This document shows, one piece after another, positions 38,332-53,700 of a stretch of 64,000 nt of DNA. A model generated the notes under the pieces. That model did not search any database. It worked only from the letters and a program-made list of their open reading frames with translations, and was not told the DNA's origin. Within the stretch, counting starts at the first letter, position 1, and the number at the start of each line of letters is the position of its first letter. The DNA comes from Eledone cirrhosa (Eukaryota). The stretch is taken from assembly GCA_964016885.1 (NCBI GenBank), contig OZ024744.1, positions 76,384,001 through 76,448,000 of the forward strand. Direction: 5' to 3'. Both the position numbers and the translations under genes were made by a program.

Positions 38332-38718
38332 ATTGTTTCTACTTTAGGCACAAGGCCAGCAATTATCCAGTGCATTACTGGTACTTTATTTTACCGACCC
38401 CGTAAGGATGAAAGGCAAAGTGAACCTCGGCGGGATTTGAACTCAGATCGTAAAGGGACGTAACTATGCTGGAAAGCATGGCGTCCGACTCTCTACTGAT
38501 ACTGCCAATAATAAATAATAACAAATAATAAGGCGGTGGATTGGCAGTATCGGTAGAGGGTCGGACGCCATGCTTTCCAGCATAGTTACGTCCCTTTACG
38601 ATCTGAGTTCAAATCCCGCCGAGGTTGACTTTGCCTTTCATCCTTACGGGGTTGATGAAATAAAGCACCAGTAATGCACTGGGATAATTGCTGGCCTTGT
38701 GCCAACAGTAGAAACAAT
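38332..38718. mobile_element. Head-to-head pair of SINE family A copies (- 38332-38508, + 38531-38718)
   Basis: Near-identical copies in opposite orientation about 22 bp apart. Confidence 0.9.
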
Positions 38719-39259
38719 TTAACTTAAACATAACGATTATACCTTCATATACAGCTCAAGCATATTTCAACCATGACAACCCTCCCTTTTTTTCCTATGT
38801 GAATGGAACGTAGGACCCCACAAGTCAGTGATCATGTCACAGTTATTTCAGTGGTTGTGTGAGAACGCCACACACACTAGTGTTTCAGAATGTTTATCCA
38901 TCATCAGTAACGCTATTTACTTATTGCTGAGACAATAATAAGCTATAGCTTTTATACGTTTTACGTATAAAACATCCGTCCTTGGCTGGGTTGGATTATT
39001 TTGGCGTAGCACTAACATGTGTGATTCGTGATAATAGTGTATATAAAGACACATATGAAGGTCGTCGTTACGATTTCAAGGCATTGACAAAGAAAAGATG
39101 GGAGATACTTCTAGATTTATTCCTGTGGCCACTATGTTTTGTGAGCAGATATGATAATGGGTTTGATAAACGGGTAAAGAATAGGGTGATCCCTGCAAGA
39201 TACATTTTTGATACGGAATGCTAACAGACTCAATTTGCTTCTTATCACCAATAAAGAGT

Positions 39260-39460
39260 AATTGTTTCTACTTTAGGCACAAGGCCAGCAATTACCCAGT
39301 GCATTACTGGTACTTTATTTTATCGACCCCGTAAGGATGAAAGGCAAAGTCAACCTCGGCGGGATTTGAACTCAGACCGTAAAGGGACGTAACTATGCTG
39401 GAAAGCATGGCTTCCGACCCTCTACCGATACTGCCAATCTACCGATACTGCCAATCCACC
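39260..39460 (-). mobile_element. SINE family A
   Basis: Full body; small duplication of the 5' end. Confidence 0.85.
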
Positions 39461-39494
39461 AATAATCACCAATAATCCACCGCCCATCACCAAT

Positions 39495-39830
39495 AAAGAG
39501 TAATGACCAAATTTTTGTCAAGCGTTCGATAGCAATTACAATCGGAAGTGGGACTTTGCTTGACTGTAAAGCCCTGACAATCTACCCATGCTGTATACTA
39601 TCAAAAGTATTTTTGTAGTCCATCCGCACTACAGTCAAGGTCCTACGATTCTTTACTGTTTTTTCTTGTATCATTTTGTTAACTAGAAGCTGCTTTATAC
39701 AACACTCTGACTTCCTACTTTCCCCAACTTGCTCAGGTGTTATAATGTTGCTGGTGGTAAAATGTTCCTGCAAGAAGAGGTTGAGGCCTCTATAGACTGA
39801 CTTGGGATCTCTGGCAAATAACACATTCAG
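39495..39830 (-). pseudogene. R4/Dong-like non-LTR retrotransposon RT fragment
   Basis: ITPEQVG...CCIKQLLVNK...RMDYKNTFDSIQH resembles the EQxG..GCKEQLL..WIDYKKAFDSVPH RT region of R4/Dong elements. Confidence 0.65.
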
Positions 39831-40429
39831 AATTTGCCGTTTATATGTGTGTATGTATGTATGTATTTATGTCAGGTCAATCCCGAGTGCTACTGGTAAT
39901 ATGTAACACAGTACAACCTGTCTGATAGACGGGTCGCCGGCGACTAAACCGGCAACCCCACCAAGCTTGCTTGGTGAGGTGGGTGATATTTGGACACCCT
40001 GCAGGATGAAATACAAAATCCGGAAAAGGGCGGAGGAACTCAATTGAGTCAACGGTCATCCAAATAGTACTTTTATTTTTTCACCTGGGAGTGGAAGGCC
40101 TCCAGTTGTGGTCACAACACCTTTCTAGGAGAGGGAATCTCTGAAAACAAAACCTGTGACTTCGGAATCATCCGATAATGTTGATCAGTTCTCCTTTTCG
40201 GATAGTGTTTTCGATGCTCAGAGAGTGGGATTGGTCGAGTGCAAGGCCTTCCCCATTTAAGAAGCCTTCAAAGCACAGACATTGCTTGTTCAGGATATAT
40301 TACAGGATCGTGTGACTGGCGGTAGACTAAAAGTGCACCAAACTATATAACCTGACAAGCGATTGCAGTACTCTTAGCAGAGTTTGCTGTGATCATGTAT
40401 GTATGTTTCTATCTATCTATCTATGTATG

Positions 40430-40745
40430 TAATGGTAAAGACCCACTTCGGTCACAAATGACCATTTGATTTGCACCTAGAAAGTTTCTCTCCGAGGCAA
40501 ATTTGTTTGTGGAATACCAGTAGTCGCCCATGCATACTAGTCTCCCCTCTCCGTGCCACCAAGGATAAGGCTATGGCTGATACCGCTTGGCACCAGTGAC
40601 GTCGCAACTCATTTCTACAGCTGAGTGAACTGTAACAACGTGAAATAAAGTGTCTTGATCAAGTACACAAGGCACCACCCGGTCCGAGAATCTAACTCAC
40701 AACCTTCCGATTGCAAGCCCTAACCACTAAGCCATGCGCTTTCAC
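40430..40745 (-). mobile_element. SINE family B
   Basis: Homologous to 2080-2365; minus-strand head gcgcatggcttagtggttaggg...gagttagattctc. Confidence 0.75.
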
Positions 40746-41099
40746 CATGTGTGTATGTACGTACATACGTATGTATGTTTGTATACATATAATCAAAATG
40801 CAGTTTAGCTCCAGATCAAAATTGATTGAGCAGACTTATGATTAAAGTATTTCCAACCGTGACCATCACATCTGTTTAGAATTATTTAGTATTCTATTAC
40901 CTAATATATCAACCCATTTCTTTTAATTTTTATTGTCTGGTATAAGCGAGATATGACTCTATTTTCAACAGATTGAAAATGCAAAGAATCGCCAGGTGGT
41001 GATATTAAGTTAGATATGGCCTGAGCCAATAGTGGTTGAAACCTATCAAAGTTATCAAAGTAATCTCGGGCCGGCTCGCATAGATTATTATTATTATTA

Positions 41100-42769
<1,670 letters not shown>

Positions 42770-42843
42770 TAATTTTGAGATAGAGTGTCCGTGCTGTTTG
42801 CTCTGATCAGAGCAAACAGCACGGACACTCTATCTCAAAATTA
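42770..42843. repeat. Perfect 74-bp palindrome
   Basis: Two 37-bp arms with no spacer, centre at 42806/42807. Confidence 0.95.
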
Positions 42844-43037
42844 TTTTTGAAAAGCATTTAGAAATGCGCAACCGGTAAAAACTTAAAAACTTAAAACCAC
42901 AACTGAATACTAACCCATACAATCACTAATACTCTTTTATTCCTAATTAAACCATTTTTCAACTGTGAACAATTTGTCAGCATTTTCTATTCCGTTTACC
43001 AATATATAATAACTTGTGTGTTACACCTCTATTATTT

Positions 43038-43104
<67 letters not shown>

Positions 43105-43201
43105 AGAGAGAGAGAGAGAGAGAGTACTTAACTTTGATAACTTTGATAGGTTTCGGCCAGTATTGGCTCAGGACATGTCTAACTTAATAGCACCACCATA
43201 T

Positions 43202-43237
<36 letters not shown>

Positions 43238-43879
43238 TTCTAATTCTTCATTTTAATTTGTATATCACATATGCAACAACACAGCACGCCATTTTTCATC
43301 CCTATATGCTTTCCCCTTCGCTGTGACCTGTCTTTTTCTCTTCCCTTACTGCTATCCTCTTTCTCTCTCCCCCTTCTCACTCCCCCTTCTCTCTCCTTCT
43401 CCCTCTTACTTTCACTCACCCCCTCTGCTAGTCACCCTCTCTCGGCTAGCCTCTTCCTCACACTTTCACTCACTCACTCTCTGCTACTCACCCTCTCTCT
43501 CACTTCCTCCATCGTCCCACACCGTGAGTAATTCTTTCCTTGCTTACTTTCGCATGGTTGGGATGTGTCTCTCGTCTTCTCGTCAATATTCGCAAGTTCT
43601 TATGTTCAACTGAATCATTGACTTGATTTTCTCATGTTTTCCTCTCTTTACGTTGCCTCACCATTCGTGTTTGTTTACCTGTCTCTCTTTCTCCACCCAA
43701 TTCTTTTTATCCCAATAACTTATTTTAGTTATTGTTCGCGCTAGCTTGAGGTATCTGGACTTTAATGCGAAGAAATACATATGATGGCTAGTAGATCATT
43801 GATGATGGATAGTCCTATTTCTAATTTTTCGTTTTATTTTGTATATCACATATGCAACAACACAGCACGCCATTTTTCA

Positions 43880-43983
<104 letters not shown>

Positions 43984-43986
43984 AAT

Positions 43987-44066
<80 letters not shown>

Positions 44067-44432
44067 CTTATAGGACTTCATTCTACATTATGCAGCCTAA
44101 TTTGAGGGAGATTGGTTTGATATTTCTAGCAGGTCGAGCAAATGCTTAGAGGGTCCCGTGGGAAAAAAAGAACTGGAAAGACTGATCTTTTCATGATTGA
44201 TAAAATAAGTAGTTGTCAAGTAATGAGGCTGATACACAAGTTATGTCTATCCTACTTCGTTATATTTTTATATGTTTTCATCCCCCAAATTAGAAATCAT
44301 TATATACAATTACATAGATTATTGGTTTAGACTACTTCACGTAGCTTCAACACATTTCTCATTTCTTAAGACTGGAACATGCTACTGTCTGTATATATGT
44401 ATTGTATGTATTCTATATATACTATGTATATA

Positions 44433-44528
<96 letters not shown>

Positions 44529-44641
44529 TATATATATATGTACAACTATATATATATATATATATATATGCATATATATACATATACATACATATATATA
44601 CGTATATATTATATATATTATATATATATAAATATATATAT

Positions 44642-44675
<34 letters not shown>

Positions 44676-44714
44676 ATATATACGTATATATATATGTATG
44701 TATATGTATACATA

Positions 44715-44791
<77 letters not shown>

Positions 44792-45269
44792 TATACATAT
44801 ATACATATATGTATGTGTGGGTGTGGGTGTGGGGGTGGGTGTTTGGGTGTCAGTATCTGTGTGTATGTATATAAACATACATTCCATATATTAATATATA
44901 AATGTCTACAGTCTCATTACTTTAGAAGCCAAGATATTTTAAAATATCATGTATGTATAAACTCATGATCCAGCCCATGCTTGATTCAACATGGCAGATC
45001 TGAGAATGTACACCAGTCTGGTTCTAATAACAAGTATGCTTAACATACAAGTAAATAATATTTGTGACCAACAGTTGTTTTTGTTTGTTGGTTTGTTAGT
45101 TGTTTTTTTAGGGGGGGGGGGGATAAAAATATAAAACATAACATATATGTGTGTGTATGTGTTATATATTTATATATTTATATATTTGTATATGGATGGC
45201 ACATATATAATATATATATATATATATACACACACATATATATATACATATATATACATATATATATAC

Positions 45270-45300
<31 letters not shown>

Positions 45301-45311
45301 CACACACACAA

Positions 45312-45358
<47 letters not shown>

Positions 45359-45381
45359 AATATATATATATATATATATAC

Positions 45382-45444
<63 letters not shown>

Positions 45445-45852
45445 TATATATACATATATATATACATAATATATATATACATATATATACATAATACCAT
45501 ATCTACAAAATCCCAGCGTGAGATAAATAGAATAGAAATTGCTAAGTTCTTCTTCTATGTAAATGTAAATCTAAAATCTAAAACTGTGGATTTGATAAAT
45601 AATTGAATTGTGAAGATCTGTCAAGTCTTATCAACATGAATTACGTTAAACGCCTGTATAAAAATATACCCGGTTTATGACTGCACTAAAACCAGTGGAA
45701 TGATTTAGTGTATACATGTTTAAGTTTGACATTAGTCAGTAATAAGGTTAGGAAACAGTAGACATAATTATTAAAGTTCACTTTCACTGATACCCACTGA
45801 TACACAGCCAGCCAGCTAGTCAACGAGAGGGGGGGGAGAGGGGAGAGAGAGA

Positions 45853-45963
<111 letters not shown>

Positions 45964-46174
45964 GCTATGTGGTCGTGGTGCGACATGCTATACGAAGCAA
46001 CGAAAATGAAATCTCCGACGATTCACACACGACTAACTTAGAACTTTAAACAAAAAATAATAAAGAAACAAAAAAAAAAAATAAATAAAAAGGAAAAACG
46101 TAAAACGAAAAACGAAAAACGAAAAACGAATTACGGTGGATAAATTATATTAGATACTATACAAACTAATATTC

Positions 46175-46244
<70 letters not shown>

Positions 46245-46248
<4 letters not shown>

Positions 46249-46312
46249 GTCGTCGAATATGAAATTTGTTTTTTTCTACAAATATCTACAAATTTCATAC
46301 ATGACCACCCAA
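46245..46312. mobile_element. Very small Tc1/mariner-like MITE
   Basis: TIRs TTGGGTCGTCGAATATGAAATTTGT and (reverse complement) TTGGGTGGTCATGTATGAAATTTGT, with TA flanks. Confidence 0.6.
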
Positions 46313-46346
46313 TATATATATACATATATGACTATATAGCAACTAT

Positions 46347-46377
<31 letters not shown>

Positions 46378-46419
46378 TATATGTATATGTATATGTATAT
46401 TTATATTTCTGTGTGTATA

Positions 46420-47010
46420 CTAGACGAATTACCCGCGCCTTGCTACATTTCACACATTTATTTTGTAAATAAATGATGATTGATTTTAAATCAGTGATAT
46501 AATTTATGGAGAAAAACTGCATTTCAATATTACTCAATGTAAAATGTAATTCCTGAAAAATTTTAAAACATTATTTTTTGTAATATATCAAATCAAAATT
46601 ACATTAATAAATCTTATTCTTATTTTGTTATTTTCAAATTAGAAATTAAAAGTTCCAATACTCAACTTATGGCCTTTCAAAATGTTCACTATAGGGGGTT
46701 TAACCCCCATTAGGGTGTCTTAATATTATTGAAATATTGCTGAAGTGTTGTGAATAGGCATCATATCTTGTCATTTACCTATGGCTTAAATTTCATATAA
46801 ATCGAAGGGAAAACATTTTCAGCGGGGGTTTTCAGCCGGGGTTTTGTGTCCCCGGGGAACCCTTTGTTTAAAATGAAATATACTTATCCAAGTACCCTGG
46901 GCAATGTCGTTTCAAAATATATATGGTTATGGGGGTCTAATTTCCAAAACCATAAGAGTAGTTCGTGAACAAACAAACAAACAGACAGGAACACAACTTT
47001 ATATATATAT
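46420..47010 (-). mobile_element. Non-autonomous Helitron
   Basis: 3' ...gcgcgggtaattcgtCTAG|t; 5' region atataaagttgtg...(TGTT)n typical of non-autonomous Helitrons. Confidence 0.55.
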
Positions 47011-47015
47011 ATATT

Positions 47016-47034
<19 letters not shown>

Positions 47035-47046
<12 letters not shown>

Positions 47047-47267
47047 GAGAATGTCTGTCTGTGTCCCTAAAACTCGAGAACCACCCAATCTGTTGTTTTA
47101 ATATATATATATATATAATTATATATTCGTGTACAGATATTTTTGCATACACAATAACAAAATATAAACAAACGTATTTATTTCACGAGACTCGATAAGG
47201 ATAAATATATATCAAATATATAAGAACCCTAGAGCAAATCCCGAGCAATGCCGGGCCATTCTGCTAG
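47035..47267 (+). mobile_element. Short non-autonomous Helitron (same family as 49761-50675)
   Basis: 5' part matches the 5' end of the Helitron at 56563; 3' hairpin CCCG-agcaatgc-CGGG then CTAG|T. Confidence 0.75.
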
Positions 47268-47638
47268 TATACTAATGAAGCTGACGGCCGTATGTATGTA
47301 ACAAACTTTTCGCCAAACGGCTGAATCAAACAGCACCAAATGTTCCCCATAGATGTATTTTTTTTCCAAGTAAGAAAGTGAGGTTATTTTTGTCATCTAA
47401 ATTTGGTTAAAAGATTAAAAATATTATTTAAATATTGACTTCTGTAAAATTTTCAAATGTCAACACTTCCGGTTATACGACATTCCTCTCTCTTTCTTAG
47501 TCTGTATTTTTAGATAGATACATAGTTATAACCTCGCGCCTTTATAATATGTCTCTGTATCTGCCTGTCTGCATTATGAAAAACATTGACTTCGCTATTT
47601 GTACGCGTGTGTATATATGTATATATATATAGTGTGTG

Positions 47639-47792
<154 letters not shown>

Positions 47793-47800
47793 AATATATA

Positions 47801-47835
<35 letters not shown>

Positions 47836-47837
<2 letters not shown>

Positions 47838-49037
47838 AATGCCACGGAACACCCGCCAATCGCCTTGGAGTCGAACAAAGAACTATCTTCATCTTACAGA
47901 CCCACACTCCCCCCGGCCTGAACTCCCCACCCTTATTCCTGTAGCCTTCGAGCGCCCACCTCCTCCCACACGTATCCCCCACTAACACCACTAACACACC
48001 CCTCCTTTTCATCGCCCAACCCACAACTAACAATATTAACACCTCCACTCCACCCCTCATCCGACCACCCTTCCCCAACTAACATACTAACATCCCTCCC
48101 TTCTTCTCCTCCCCCCTCCTTATCACACGCACACACCCACCGGCACATATATACACGCGCTCACACTAAACACACACCCTACTACCACCACTAACCCTCA
48201 CCCCCACACCTCCATCCCACCATCCCGCAACTAACCTCACTAACACCCCCTGACCCCAAGCACACGAACACACGCACCCACTTACACCACCCAGCCACCG
48301 GCAACTAACATCACTAACACCCCCCAACCCCACGCACACGTACCCACACACCCTCGTACACCACCAACTCTACACACCCTACCACCACTAACCCCCACTC
48401 ACACCTGCATTCAACCCTTCCCCACCTCCCGTATACTAACACCCACTAACACCCCCTTCATCAAACTACACACACACCAGTACACCACACTCCCTCCATA
48501 GAACTACACACACCCTTCTCCCCCCGCTCCACCCACACCCTCGCTCCACACTCACTCATCCCACTAACACCTCTACTAATACACACACACACCCTCCTCA
48601 CTCCCACTTTCACACCAACCCATCCTCGCCCCTTTACCATTCCACCGACTGCTGCTATGCCCACTGACCACCTCCCAGCACAAACATACACACAGCACTC
48701 CCACCGCTTGACCACTTCCTGATGAGCGCGCACCCCACATCTCTCCTCTTCCGACCATCTCTTTATGGAATACTCGTATGTGGAACTTGACCACCACAGA
48801 ATCCACTAAACATCATAGGAATTTACCAACATTTCAACCATCCTCTTACGGAATCACCTATATAACTCACCCACAAACACACCCCAAAAAATGTTTTCTC
48901 CCACACGCCACCTACACCCACAACACGCTTAAACCCCACACACACACACGTGCTTTCCACCACATATTTACACCCTCAGCCTCCTGATTCCTCTCCCCCC
49001 CCTCTATCCACACACGCATAGACACTCCGACCTACAA

Positions 49038-49068
<31 letters not shown>

Positions 49069-49550
49069 CACTTCCTGAACATGCAACCCCGTTCTTCCCC
49101 CAACCCTTACTTTCACACACACACACACGTACACCTACACACACACACCACCTTCAGCCCTCCCCGCTCGGACACCCGTCTCCCTCTCCCCACTCCACCC
49201 GCAACCACCCCTACACACCCCACACCCTTCCACCACCTGTTTTACTCCTTTTTAATTTCAGTTTATTTTGATCATGCTTTTATATTTAATTTTATTTCAT
49301 CCCTTGTATTTTGATCATGCTTTATTTTTGCTTTTATTTTTAATTTCATTCGCACCGTTTCCTTTCGCTATATGTCTCTCCACCACTCCCCTACACACCC
49401 TTTGAACTCTGTTCCCACACACTTCTCACCTGAGGAAGGGCTTATGCCCGAAACGTCGTTCCCCACCAACACCCCACTCTCCAGAGCGTGAAATTAATAA
49501 ACATTCGTTGTACTGCCTCTCTGTTTTGTTCCTGTTCAAATTTTTCCATT
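47836..49550 (+). mobile_element. Penelope-like element 3' region: GIY-YIG C-terminal remnant, C/A-rich tract and minimal HHR
   Basis: [22 protein letters not shown] (~47858-47923) fits the PLE endonuclease end R..EQ..IF.L.T..P.GLN; HHR CTGAGGA-a-GGGC-ttat-GCCC-GAAACGTC at 49430-49457; (TA)n on both sides. Confidence 0.65.
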
Positions 49551-49760
49551 ATATATATATATATAGTGTTCGTATCATAAATAAGAGACAGTTTAATTTG
49601 TACATTTTTTATAGCATTCCTTTATACGAATATATACGTATATATACATACATAAACATGTTATTTACAGTTGTATAAAAAAGAAGAATAATTGTTTCTA
49701 CTTTTGGCACAAGGCCACCAACTATTTCAGTACATTACTGGTACTTTATTATACATAATA

Positions 49761-50675
49761 CTAGCAGAATGGCCCGGCGTAGCTCGGGATTCTAAACGTA
49801 GATTGGCATGTTTATCCCTCCTTTCTGAAACAGTACAGAGAAGTACGGAATACCTCGGCCTTGCGACCGTCGAATACCAGATTCCACTGACGATTCGTTT
49901 GCCTGCCTTGGTCTTTTTCTTACCGCTTTCGCAGTGTTTCGGCCAATGGAGTATCTCTTCCTACGAGGCATGGCCTAAAAGCAGGACGAAATACACTAAG
50001 ACTAACTGGTAGAGTAAGGAGTAAACTCGTCAGTGAAGCATGTGATTTGCGAACCGTTGACTATGTTATTGCTGGCCCTATGCCAAAAGTAGTGGAACTT
50101 TTTGGGTGGCATATCGGCAGTAACAATGACGATAAGCCGTCGGTGCTTTCGTGAAATAAATACGTTTGTTTATATTTTGTTTTTGTGTATGCAAAAATAT
50201 CTATGCACGAATATATAATTATATATATATATTAAAATACCAGATTAAAGTTTTAGCAAAGAATCGCTGCTTTCACCCTTAACGGGATGTTCTGAAACTA
50301 AAAAAATCAATCTGTGAACACAGAAGTAATTGTTTCGAAAAACGTTGCAACCGAAGGAAAATAGGAAGAAATAGGAAGACGATACTTTGGTTCGTGAAGA
50401 CGTTTTCATAATGTCGTAATACAGACAGCCAGACATACAGACAGATATTATAAGGGCGCGCCATTATAGCTATGTATCTATCTAAAAAGAGAGACTAAGA
50501 AAGATAGAGAGATTGCTAGCCGGCGCCTAATGCGGTCCCTAGGGCATTGAAAATTTGAAATATTTTTTGCTCAAAACACTCACACGACCATAAGTATTAG
50601 TAAAGTTTGAAAGAAATCGGTTGGGTGGTTCTCGAGTTTTAGGGTATCAGACAGACGGACACACATTCTCTGTTT
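49761..50675 (-). mobile_element. Non-autonomous Helitron deletion derivative
   Basis: 3' CTAG at 49761-49764 with hairpin; carries a copy of the RepHel start region (49860-50055, matching ~55543-55750); 5' subterminal sequence matches 56420-56550. Confidence 0.8.
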
Positions 50676-50703
50676 CAGTACATTACTGGTACTTTATTAT
50701 ATA

Positions 50704-53700
50704 CTAGCATAGGCACCCGGCGTTGCCCCGGAATGAATTTGTTCCTTACATATTAGAAGAAAAGAGCAAAATATGTTGTATAGAAATGTGTTATTCAATA
50801 TTCAATTTATTCTTCAATTGGGACACACGATGAAATCAATTCTGAGTTCATAAAAAAAAATTGTTGTGAGCAAAATAAATTTCCAATTTCATGAAGGAGG
50901 CGAGGGGGGCTAAGAAAGGGTCGTGTGTGTGTTCACCTTTAACCAAAGGAAGCAAATGTTGTTAGGAAAAATATGTAAAGGTAAACAGGGTTTGTTAAGA
51001 AGAGCGATAATGTACCTGCCTGTCTATTGAAGCGCTTATAACACTGTTTTAGCAGATGGTGGTCGATATGAATTTACCATTGCTGTAGCCATCAAACAAT
51101 TTTAAGTAGGGCCTCTTAAATAGGGCTGTGTGTGCGTTCACTGACAGCCCTAAAAACGAAGGCTCACCATCAACAATTTCGGCCCTAAAAAGGGCTGTTT
51201 GATCGTTCGCTTGCAGCCCTAGAAAGGACTCTGACTGCGTTCTCCAATGCCGCAAAAAGTACTTAAGTTGCGTTCATTGGCAGCCATTAGAATGACTCTG
51301 TATGCGTTCACGATTTGTTCAGCCGCCTTAAATTGCCGCGCCGATTGTCAAGCTGGGTTCCTCTATGAAGGCGATCACCTTTAACCGAGGGAAACATACG
51401 TTTTAGTTAAGAGACTGTTTAAAAGCTCATCAGGCTGGCTAAAGAAATGTGATTACCGACCTATCTCCTCGCTGTTACATTCACAACACTTCGTTGTAAA
51501 CGATGTTTCTTATTTTTCCTCGGCGTGCAAATGCGAAAAGACTTTCCCTACTGCCCACCCTAGAGCACGCAACATACAATTGTCCGTGGGAGAAACATGG
51601 TTTTCCAGAAGAAGTCCGGCCACAGAAAGAGTCTGGCCCTGGGACTTGTTGATGGGATCTGGCATCGTGTCAACAGATTTGCAATTGTGAAGAACACCAG
51701 GAAGGGAGTGCAGTAATTGGTCGTTGGTTTTGTTAACAGCGACGTTTTTTGGAGCTAGCACTACTCTTTCACACAACCATGCGTGGTTCTGGTAATTGTC
51801 TCTCAAATCTGGAAACACTTTCTTTGTCTTTCAGCTCCCCCGCAGAATTAACTGAGGTCGAAAATGGCCACACTTCCAACTCTCCTGCAGCGTCCAGAGG
51901 TATTTTGCCGTCGCCAAGTTTCAAATGTCCTGTGCAAATTCTGCGAACGCTTGATCGCCGTGTAATTGAACTCTCATGTTGGTTGTAAGAATCAGTGTCC
52001 TGACATGGCGCCACAGAGGAGAGGACTTTAGGCATGCTTGGACCTCATCTGCTCTTGTGCCTTTGGGAATGACGGGAAGAGTCTGCCAGATGTCACCCGA
52101 AAGCAGAAGCGTAACACCTCCCATGGGAGCCTGGCAGCCTCTGGTGTCTTTTAGATCTCTGTTTAATGCGTCCAGAGCTCCCTTATGGGCCATGGTGCAC
52201 TCATCCCACACAATGAGCTGACATCGGAGGTCTTGCTGATGCTGCAAGTAGGCGTTTCTGACGTTGTTAAATTGAGAAGCAATTTAAAACTGCCACCGGG
52301 CAACAAAATGGCTGCAATTCCAGAAGAGGCAACAGCAACCGCAATGTCCTTGTGCATCCTGACTTTTGCAAGGAGGAGTCCCGTTAAAAAGGTTTTGCCC
52401 GTCTCTGCAGGAGCATCCAGAAACAACATACCTCCTTTTCAGTGGTGCACATGGTCGGCAACAATGGTGTAAGCACGACGTTGGTCCGGAAGAAGTTGTG
52501 GTCCAGTTTCAAGGACGTACTTGGTAAGAGCATCGACGTCGTAGGGAGTTTCTCGGAGAAGAGCTGTAGGAAGTACGTTTGACCCTGTACGGATTGTTTG
52601 GGGCAGACCATATGAGGGCAAATAATTTCCGCCGAGTGATGCAACTCTATCCTCTATGTCAATCAACGCTAGATTGAATACCTCGTCGCTGGTACATTTG
52701 TAGTCCTCAGATAAGTCATATTTATACTTGAGCCATAAAGAGATGGGATTACTCAGTTCGCAAGTTTGCAGCGGTAATGCAAATAGAGATCGTAGGCGCA
52801 TAGGCAATTGAGATGCAATAGCTTCGAATAAAGTGGAATCCCACTGCGCACCGTCTTCTAGCAGGCTGCGCTTGAAGCAAGCTTCCCTGTAAGTGCTGCA
52901 CACAGAACTGTCGGCAGTTCTAAGGTCATGAAAGGACTGGGTCATCTAACCTCATGTAGCAGAAGACGGAGGTAGAAGCACTCATGCTGGTTCGGGTGCA
53001 CTGTGTATACACTCCCTAGGCAACTGTCAAACTTTATGCCAGGATGTCCATCAACAGGCTGACCTACCTTTCTGCGAACCCATTGTTTTTTATTCCACGT
53101 GTAATAGGACGGCACCTGAGGATACAGCAGGGTTTGAGCAAATGAATCGGCCTGACAAAGTTTGAAGAATGCAGTGAGGGTGATTTCCCGTGGTTCCTCC
53201 ACCATTTGAGCAGCATTAACGTCAGTGAAGTACACCCTTTGACCGTTCTCCAGGTGGACTGCGAGCTGTTCAATTGCAGGGTGCCTTTGGTGTATAGGGA
53301 AGCCGAAAATACGCTAGAAAGCCTCGTTGCTGCTGATGTAACGGCCAACTTGGTATTGCGTGACCTCATCACGGCTGTTGTCCTGTTGAAGACCGAACAT
53401 AGCAGCGTCTGAACCCTTATTCACATATTTACATATGTACTTGATTGACTCGGCGGAATTACAGAACTCGACATTGATGTGAGCACCGAAAGTCTTTAAA
53501 AGAAAAGGGCAGTATGGCACTATCCATCTGTTGTCGACCTCGTGCTGTCCAACTGTTGCTGTAAAACCATCGTCTCCGGGTTGGCGTCTCCTGTACAGTG
53601 GGTATCCGTCAACGCCTGTCTGAGTTTCTTGGAGGAACATTCGGGGAAATATTTTGCTGCAGACATTGTCGTTCAAGCAAGGTGAGTTTAAATTGAAGCC

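Noticed and set aside
40993-41067. CCTGAGCCAATAGTGGTTGAAAC motif with an inverted homologue at ~43125-43197, considered as a hammerhead
   Set aside because: Both copies lack the NGA of the CUGANGA core; possibly a pLTR remnant but not supportable as a ribozyme
44382-45500. Many [12 protein letters not shown] ORFs here and across the window
   Set aside because: Dinucleotide microsatellite translations
48712-48740. CTGATGA hammerhead-like core
   Set aside because: No downstream stem II-GAAA-NUH arrangement
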